This document shows positions 56,738-64,000 of a DNA stretch of 64,000 nucleotides, in pieces. How positions within the stretch are numbered: position 1 is the first letter of the stretch; each line of letters begins with the position of its first letter. A model generated the notes under the pieces. It saw only the letters and a program-made list of their open reading frames with translations. It did not search any database and had not been told where the DNA came from. Origin of the DNA: Cladosporium halotolerans (taxonomy: Eukaryota); NCBI RefSeq assembly GCF_011745625.1, contig NW_027191460.1:310001-374000 (forward strand). The letters run 5' to 3'. The position numbers and the translations under genes were made by a program.

Positions 56738-57319
56738 ATGAAATCCCCAACCCTCCTCGCCCTCACCACCACCCTGCTACTCTCCAGCTCCCTCGCCATC
56801 CCCACAGTCCGTCCCCTCCCCCTCCCCACCCAACCCAACTCCCCAACTGACACCCAACCCCACCAGATCCTCATCGCGCCCTCCAACCCCCTCGCCTCCC
56901 TCCCCCACCTGACCGGCTTCGCCGCCCTCGACCCCGACGGCATCTACCGCGCCTACCTCTCGACCGGCACCGTCGTGGACGCCGCGCGCCTCACCCCCGC
57001 GCAAATCGAAACGTACCTCTCCGCGCGCGCCCCGCACCTCTCCCCCTCCGCCGCGGCCGCTGAGCGCGCGCTGCTGCAAGGCGTGGACTCCAGCCTCGTG
57101 CCGGAGGAGGAGCTGCTGGCGCCGAGGGAGGGGGTCAGGCCGGTGGAGATGCTGGAGCAGATGAATGAGGGAGGGGAGGGGGTTTCGGAGAGGGAGGTCG
57201 GGCCGTTGGAGGTTGCGAAGAGGCAGATCGGGTGTCCGTCGTTCTACTGCACGAGCAATGCGGGTGTTTGCAGGAGGTACGGGTGTTTCTGCAATGGGGT
57301 TATTTGTACGCTTTTTTAA
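56738..57319 (+). CDS. Secreted prepro-protein: signal peptide, pro-domain, Kex2 site (KR) and a 31-aa six-cysteine C-terminal peptide
   Basis: caaaATG, signal MKSPTLLALTTTLLLSSSLA, Cys-free pro-region with LDPDGIYRAY…VVDAARLTPAQI, then AKR|QIGCPSFYCTSNAGVCRRYGCFCNGVICTLF*. Confidence 0.85.
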   Translation: MKSPTLLALTTTLLLSSSLAIPTVRPLPLPTQPNSPTDTQPHQILIAPSNPLASLPHLTGFAALDPDGIYRAYLSTGTVVDAARLTPAQIETYLSARAPHLSPSAAAAERALLQGVDSSLVPEEELLAPREGVRPVEMLEQMNEGGEGVSEREVGPLEVAKRQIGCPSFYCTSNAGVCRRYGCFCNGVICTLF

Positions 57320-57545
57320 GAGGGGAGGGGAGGGGAGGAAGTGGTGGTGGAAAGGGTTCAAGGGGTATCGGTAGGGGAGATGGACCGGCATCGTCGATAT
57401 GAGGCTTTTGTCAACGGAATCGAAACGGATCAATCGATCATTGGCATTTCGTTTCTCTCTCCCTCGTACAGATCCAACCGACGTTCGCTGAACGCCGCTC
57501 ATTGGTCGGTTTGTTGTGAGATAGCTTCGAATCGGGTAGCTCCAG

Positions 57546-57562
57546 CCCTAACCCTAACCCTA
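57546..57562. repeat. Interstitial telomeric-type repeat CCCTAACCCTAACCCTA
   Basis: About 2.8 units of CCCTAA seen directly, intergenic. Confidence 0.6.
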
Positions 57563-58800
57563 CTATCGCAAAACGGCATCTTCCGCAGCCGGCGAACCAC
57601 GTCCCTTCGAACGTCTCACCAATCGTGTGCCTGGTTTGGGGGTTTTGGCGGCAATTACCTATTACAATTGCATGCCTAGTAGCGTTTAGATGCCTAGGGG
57701 TGGTGAAGTGACAAGCCTCGCCAACCCAGGCGAGTGTGTGGCTTTGGTGACAGTGGACGCTTGCACCCGTGCTGCACCTATAATGTTGGATGCCAGTATT
57801 TACCCACATAGTTCCCAATGGTGATCAAATGAGATCGGGCGCAGATCTGCAGGTTCCGATTTCTAGGAGAATCGACCGCATGATTTTCTTCGTTCAATAT
57901 TGCCTAGGCACGTCAGGAATCTCCGGCGCCGCAGTTGGTGAAACCGAGCGATTGTGAGAGGCGTGAGAATGTGGGAGGTTTACTTAATAGGATGGATGGA
58001 GGGTTGTTAGCCTACCTGCAGGCAACTCTGAGATCGACGTATACCGCCAGGACCAGGACAATCGTACCTCAGGCACCGACATCCAACATCCGCCTGGCCC
58101 ACAATCCACGTTTCACGAGCCGCAAGATCCCCAGACCCACTGTGTATAGATAGGGCTTACCGTGGAGATATGCGCATTGGAACCACGACAGCAGGCAGAA
58201 GATTACCTGCCACGACTCGATTATTCTCCGGACTAATGGTCCACGAGTGCAGGCCAAGGAGCTTTTCCTCGATCCTAGTTGCACGAGGAATCACCGCCAA
58301 GATCCACGGCGGGAAAATGACGGGTTCGCAGTGGACAGAAGCTCTCATGCTCGATTGATCGACATCCCTGCGTAAAATCACGTTGAATTTAGATGATGTA
58401 AAGCCAGACTGCTGATACATGACACTCGACGATCGATGAGTCCGGGCATTCGGGACCTTGCAAGACACGCCGTGCGCCTTCAATTTCGACTTGCGCCATC
58501 GGATGTACCTTCAAATCGTTTCGATCTCTATCGTTGCTATCCGAAGCCTTGAAGGCGGGTGGATGATAAACGCTTAGCAGTGGCCGAGGTCGGTCCACAA
58601 ATGTGCCTGCAATGCTGCGCCGCGACGATCAGACCGACGAGCCCGTTCTCATCGTTCACGGGGCTTGACGCATTGGCGATACTTGTCGATCGATCAATTG
58701 ATCGATGAATCCTGGATGGAGGACTCTCGCAAGAGCCGAGCACCACGCGGCTCCAACGAAACCAAGGGCTCCAAAAGTCCCTCGACAAACCCGCACCTCA

Positions 58801-59973
58801 CTAGAACGCCACCAACGCATTCCCACTCTCCGTCCACGCCCACAACAGCGCCCAAAACCCCCCCGCGCCCGCCACCAGCAGCGCATAATACGCCACCGTC
58901 CACTCCACCCCCAGCTCCTCCCCGTCCCCGCCCTCCACCCGGCCCCAAAACTGCGGCACGCCCATCGCATTGCAAAACCCATGCACCAGCACCACAGCCG
59001 GCAAGTTCCCCGTCCTGAGCAGCGCGAACGCCGCGAAAAACCCAAACGCGCTCGTGTAGCCCAGCTGGAACAGGCTGACGGCGACGCACTGCAGGGCCAG
59101 CCGCAGGGGCGGCGCCGCGGAGCCGGCGGGCGTGCAGGCGCGCAGGTTCGCGGCGAGGTGGTGCAGGTGCGCGGCGCCGAAGACGAGGGGCGTCGTGAAG
59201 ACTATGCGGGTTGGCGGGACGCGGGCGGCGAGGTGCAGGGAGATGACGAGGGAGCGGAAGACGAGTTCTTCGGACACGGGCGCGGCGATCAGGTTCCTGT
59301 AGCCCGTCCAGGAGGTCCAGAGGTCGGCTTTGAGGGCGCTGGGGGTTAGGGAGCGCCAGGCGCCTTCGGCGAGCAGAGATTTGAAGAGTGGGCCGGCGAA
59401 GAGGAGGGCGACGAGGGCGGGGAGGCGGAGCGTGTCCGTGAGGGAGAGCGGCCAGAGGCCCCAGAGGCGGAGGAGGTCGCGCGGGGTGGCGTGGGCGTGG
59501 GTGGTGAGGAGGTAGGCGGTTAGGAAGAGGCTGGCGGCGCAGGCGAGGGTGACGGAGCGGATGCGGGCGCGGATGACGGAGGGCGCATCGCGGTGGGCGG
59601 GCGAGGTGGAGCGCAGGGTCGGCGAGAGGTAGAAGGGCGCGACGTAGAGGGCTGTGAAGGCCAGGGAGCTGAGCAGGGCGGTGCGGGGCGAGATGGGCGG
59701 GGGAGCCTCTGGGAACGTCATCTTAGTGGGCGATGGCGAGGGGTGCGTATTCACTGTTCTGGATGCCGGCACGCAAAGGGCGGAGGGCCAGACTCATGGG
59801 CAAGACATGTCTTTGAGCAGTGTGCAGGCAGTGTGGGACGGCGTTTACTCCGCTCGGCGGACGGGGTGCGAGGGCGGCGGCAGCGACGTACCGGCCTCCT
59901 TTGCGTAGTAGCTCTTGAGGGTGTCCAGCAGGCGCGAGCCCCGGTGGTAGATGTCAATCGGCAGGGCGGGCAT
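58801..59973 (-). CDS. RCE1: CAAX prenyl protease 2 (exons 59973-59892 and 59708-58801)
   Basis: RDAPSVIRARIR, RNLIAAPVSEELVFR (EExxxR), FGAAHLHH and HGFCNAMGVP. Upstream exon MPALP…LKSYYAKEA splices in frame via GTACGT…CAG. Confidence 0.92.
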
Positions 59974-61114
59974 AGTGAAGACGGTGATATTGCAGGAGGT
60001 GTAATGTCGCGGTGGCAGAGCGCAGACGGGAGTGACCCTGCCGGGCCGGGCTAGCAAGGCACGCAAGGCATTCTAGTGGCGCAACGGCGGCGATCTGGCA
60101 GTCGAGCAGGGACAGCGCGACGAAGGAGCCGCGAGAGCGTTGTGCGCCGTGCAATTCAGCAACGGCGGCGCAGCATCCCTTGCGGCCGGATGCGCGGTGA
60201 TATCAGGCGGCAGGAGGTGCAGATGCAGGTGGTTTGTTGCGTGGGAAGGCCGTCATATGCAGCCAGAACGATTCGACCGCACGGCAAGCATAACATCATC
60301 AATATCAATCAATCTCCGCCCGGAATAGCAGCCTCGTCAGGCGCGCTGCAGAGCCTCAGCGCGCGTGCTCGTGCTCGTGCACTGCCCTGCCTTACTCGCC
60401 TCGTCCTGTGGCGCTACTGCAGGTTCCAATGGTGGCCGATGCGCCTCGGACTGCCGGCGCGGCCAATTTCGCGTGCAACGCGCCCCCCTGCTGCCCCCCA
60501 ATGTGTCTCGCGGCCGGACACGCGCCCAATCGATTGCGCACCGCGCTCGGCCACCCACGACGGGGTCCTGGCGAGGCCGAGGCCATATGACGAGCCCGGG
60601 ACTCGTCGATGCGACGCGCTCACGTTTTGGACGACCGACGGCCAGGTACTGCGCTTGATTGTCTTGATTGTCCTGCCCGCCTGCCGTGCACCCTGACCCT
60701 CGTCGCCCTCACAGCAATACGGCACTCTTGAGCTCGCTGCTCGCCTAAGAACGCGCCTGCGCCTGTCCTGTCCTGCCCTGCCTTCTTCCTCTCTTCACCG
60801 CCGTGATATTCAGGCACGCAGAGCCGATCGCCCACCTAGCGCTCCTCACGCCAGCGCATGCCGACCTCTCCACACCTCCTGCGTCTCGCATGAGCGCCTG
60901 CTGTCACCTCTAGCCAGAGTCCAAAAGAATCACGACCCTCACGAAGCGCACGCCTGCTCGCCAGCTACGACTTGGGCGTCTCGACGCGCCTTATATCGCG
61001 GCCGGATCTCGTTCACTCTCTTCTAGCATGCTCTGACTGCCACGGCCGCCCCCTCGCTTTTCCGGCGCGTTTGCGCGCGCATTCTTTACTGTATAATATT
61101 ATTAGCAACTCCAG

Positions 61115-64000
61115 ATGTTCCTGGACCCGGCCCCGATAGGGCACTCCAAGAGCAACAATGGCCCGTCATCGCCCTTCTTCGCGTCGCAGTCGCCCCTCAT
61201 GTCGCCGCGCGAGCAAAGCTGGAGGATCAAGCGCTCTCCGCTGCAGGACCAGTCGCCGACTTTTAAGAAGGACCACACTCGACGATCGACCAGCACCGGC
61301 GACGATGCAAAACCGACCGTACGATTAGTCGGACACTCCCCGGTATCAAGGTCCCAACCGGGCAGCGGCGGCGAACAGGTTGCGTCTGAGAAGCAGGATT
61401 CGCCCACTCGCGAAGCCGCACTGCCCCACAAGCCCCTGCTGGCTGGCGATATGAAGCCTGCTAGCGCCTCAGACGCTGCCTATCCGCCTGCACCGCGCGT
61501 TTCAGATGAACGGATGGATGCTGCGCCGGCGCGCAAGCTGGACCTACCACCTGCAATTACCCTGCTGCCGTCCAACAATAATGCCGCCTTCGCGCATGAC
61601 TCCGCCCGTGACCGCCGCAGCACGAGCTCAAGGTACAGCGGATCCGGCCTCTCCAATTATTCCGCCATCGATTCTCCCTTCGCTTTTGGCAGTGCAAGCA
61701 GCAGGACTGGCAGACTCAGCGATCGCTCCACCTTGGTTGACGAAGACATAATTGACACCGACAACGACAAGGAAGGGTCTAGAATCTTTTCTCAGCCCAT
61801 GACCCCAGCACTCGAAACGGTCCCTGAAACTCCCTCGGACCGCTCCACTGCACCCTCCGTTTCATATCCGCGTGCGCACCAGGACAGTAATAGCTCACTA
61901 GAGTCCAGCTCCGTCTCCCCTGCTGGGTCAGCACTCCAAAGTGCATCGCGCTCTGCGCAGCCTTGGACTGGACAGTATCGATACCCCTCTCAGGACAGTC
62001 TAGGGAGCTTGCCGGCAAGCTCGTTGTCACTACCTCGTAGCCCACCGCGACCACTTGCCGGACAAGACAGCCAGGAAACCCTCGCGTATGAGAGGCAAGA
62101 ATACCCGGAGACATCATCGCCGAACTTCATCGCCTTCAACTCGTCGAGTTCGCGTTCCCCAGACAGCCCGCTTCACAACGCGTCATCATTCGATTCCATT
62201 CAAGGCCGTCTGAACAACGCCCACGCATACCGTCTTGACGACCTCTCCCCGGGCAGCTCTCCGAGGTCACACTACCGATCATCCTCCGCAGACTCTCTCC
62301 CACCACTGCATGTGCCCAGGAGGCGCGAGCAAGAACAGCCCGAGGAACGTCCGCAGTCAATGGCGGCACCGGACAACATGGACTATGAGGAGATTGATTT
62401 GGAGCCCTGGCCCCGGCAGCCATTCACCAGCCACCTGAGTACAATCGCAAGTGAGAGTGATAGGGCAATGTCACCGGCGCAGTTCAGTCATTTTTCAATG
62501 GGTAGTGGTGTACTTACCATCGACGACGCGTGTAGCATTCCCATGTCAGCAGCGATGTCAAGGCATTCGGGCCACATGTCTCAGTTCTCGCAGTCGGGCC
62601 ACCTTTCGCAGTTTTCCCTTGCCCGCCGAGCGAGCGAGCCAATGCAATCGCCGTCGCCGAAGTCATCGCCTCAGGTTACTCAGAGCAGTGGGGAGGATGC
62701 CGGCGACATGACTTTGGGCATCTACCGTGCCGAAAGCGCAAAGCCTGAGCCGCTCTTCCGCGGTCGGAACGTGACGCCCGGCGGAGATGTTCGATACAAT
62801 GGCCCGCTGCCGCCTTTACCGCCCATGCCTCATTCGAGAGAGGGAGACGAGAACGGGGACAGCCTCTCAGCGCTCTCAGCCCCATCGCTCAAGAAGAAAA
62901 GATCTGGATATTCTATACGGGGACGGAGCAACAGTACGCCTTCTGGGAGCATTTCTCGGCACAACAGCGTCGTCAGCTATGTTGACAGCGAGCGGTGGAG
63001 CAGGAATAGCAGTGTATTCCCAGCATGGGCCAAGAACTTCTACGGCGGATACGCAGCTCTCTTGAGCGCCAGCAAAATCTCGCTATCAAACCCGCCCACT
63101 CCCCGGCCACGCGATGCGCAGGGCCACGTCCGGAGCCAAAGCCAATGGACCGAGCGCAGCATCACTTCCCGCCTTGGGACAGGATACAGCGAGATTGAGA
63201 ACGGCAGCCCGACAAGCAGCCACTTCCTCCCCTCCATCTTCCGCCCCCGGACACGCACTCTCGGCACGATGGACAGCGAAGCGCGCTCCTTCAAATTCGG
63301 CAGCAAGACCCCGAAGCGCAAACCCTCCAAATCCTCCGGTAGCATCAGCCGTACCGACTCCATGGCCATCACCGCCGACCCCTACCCCCCAGCCGACAAC
63401 GCCGGCGACCCCAGCGCCGAAACCCTCCCCTCTGGCCACCCCAAATACGGCAAGCTCAAAGACAACTCCTCCCCGCAGCCGCCCATGCCTCCCCTGCCAC
63501 GCAAATACTCCAAGCAGAAACTCTGGGACGAAATGTCCTTCCCGCGCCCCATGACCAAAGACCGCCTGTCGGACTTCAAGCTCAACCACAGCGACACCGA
63601 CCGCGCGGACGCAGAGAGCACCGGCCCCCACCTGCGCCCCAACGCCCACCGCGCCCCGCACGCGTACACCTGGCGCTCGCCCTCTTTCGTCGAGTCCCTC
63701 GACACCCTCTTCTCCTCCCGCGGCAACCGCCAGATCCTGCTCTTCGCCACGGGCTTTCTGTGCCCGCTGCTCTGGCTGCTCGGCGCGCTGCTGCCGCTGC
63801 CGCCGAGGCACGCGCGGGACGCGGAGGAGGCGGAGAAGGCGCTGCCGGGCGCGGCGGAGAGCGAGGACGATTTGAAGGCTGCGCTGGGCAGGCATCAGGT
63901 GGGGGACGCGAGGGCGAGGTGGGACGAGGAGAGAGCGTGGTTGAAGGCGAGGTGGTGGCGGACGCTGAACAGGGTGATGTGTTTTGTGGGCGTGGGGGTT
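61115..64000 (+). CDS. Large Ser/Pro-rich fungal protein with C-terminal TM segments (runs off the window end)
   Basis: ATG 61115 is in the same frame as SVFPAWAKNFY, NRQILLFATGFLCPLLWLLGALLPLP and KARWWRTLNRVM. It is absent from the ORF track, consistent with no in-window stop, but not every codon was checked. Confidence 0.8.
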   Translation, partial: MFLDPAPIGHSKSNNGPSSPFFASQSPLMSPREQSWRIKRSPLQDQSPTFKKDHTRRSTSTGDDAKPTVRLVGHSPVSRSQPGSGGEQVASEKQDSPTREAALPHKPLLAGDMKPASASDAAYPPAPRVSDERMDAAPARKLDLPPAITLLPSNNNAAFAHDSARDRRSTSSRYSGSGLSNYSAIDSPFAFGSASSRTGRLSDRSTLVDEDIIDTDNDKEGSRIFSQPMTPALETVPETPSDRSTAPSVSYPRAHQDSNSSLESSSVSPAGSALQSASRSAQPWTGQYRYPSQDSLGSLPASSLSLPRSPPRPLAGQDSQETLAYERQEYPETSSPNFIAFNSSSSRSPDSPLHNASSFDSIQGRLNNAHAYRLDDLSPGSSPRSHYRSSSADSLPPLHVPRRREQEQPEERPQSMAAPDNMDYEEIDLEPWPRQPFTSHLSTIASESDRAMSPAQFSHFSMGSGVLTIDDACSIPMSAAMSRHSGHMSQFSQSGHLSQFSLARRASEPMQSPSPKSSPQVTQSSGEDAGDMTLGIYRAESAKPEPLFRGRNVTPGGDVRYNGPLPPLPPMPHSREGDENGDSLSALSAPSLKKKRSGYSIRGRSNSTPSGSISRHNSVVSYVDSERWSRNSSVFPAWAKNFYGGYAALLSASKISLSNPPTPRPRDAQGHVRSQSQWTERSITSRLGTGYSEIENGSPTSSHFLPSIFRPRTRTLGTMDSEARSFKFGSKTPKRKPSKSSGSISRTDSMAITADPYPPADNAGDPSAETLPSGHPKYGKLKDNSSPQPPMPPLPRKYSKQKLWDEMSFPRPMTKDRLSDFKLNHSDTDRADAESTGPHLRPNAHRAPHAYTWRSPSFVESLDTLFSSRGNRQILLFATGFLCPLLWLLGALLPLPPRHARDAEEAEKALPGAAESEDDLKAALGRHQVGDARARWDEERAWLKARWWRTLNRVMCFVGVGV

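Noticed and set aside
58689..58706. 18-bp perfect palindrome ATCGATCAATTGATCGAT
   Set aside because: Built from GATC low-complexity units; a palindrome of this length is not improbable in 64 kb.
57320..58800. Telomerase RNA candidate around CCCTAACCCTAACCCTA
   Set aside because: The tract is longer than a typical ~1.5-repeat template, leaves little room for a promoter after the upstream gene, and no pseudoknot or P6.1 element was recognised. An Infernal search would settle it.
58801..59973. RCE1 as a bacteriocin-style (Abi/CPBP) processing protease for the neighbouring peptide
   Set aside because: It has the features of the ordinary eukaryotic Rce1 ortholog. The peptide ends in CTLF but enters the secretory pathway, away from cytosolic prenyltransferases, and that Cys is needed for three disulfides.

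Overview
Gene-dense window of a filamentous ascomycete (fungal) genome, with short GT-AG introns and CTRAC-type branch points. Gene content and composition suggest a Dothideomycete, but that is inference. About 25 protein-coding genes can be supported. Housekeeping genes: LSM7, COY1/CASP, VPS3/TGFBRAP1-like, FSF1, UTP10, EMI1 and RCE1. Regulators: two Zn(II)2Cys6 proteins, one a ClrB/CLR-2-type cellulase regulator with clustered CreA-type sites upstream. Accessory genes: a DUF2235 hydrolase, DUF3176, a beta-trefoil/coiled-coil fusion, a divergent CoA-acyltransferase, DUF3455, an epimerase, an aquaporin, a signal-peptide-bearing FMN hydroxy-acid oxidase and an AAA ATPase. The most interesting part is the ~53-57.3 kb island. 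There a twin-HxxHC (UstYa/DUF3328-like) protein lies divergent to a secreted prepro-protein whose Kex2 (KR) cleavage would release a 31-aa, 6-Cys knottin-like peptide with cyclotide-like spacing. NRDE2 appears truncated to its N-terminal quarter. No tRNA, rRNA, CRISPR or intact transposon was recognised. All family assignments come from motif recognition by eye, not from database searches.
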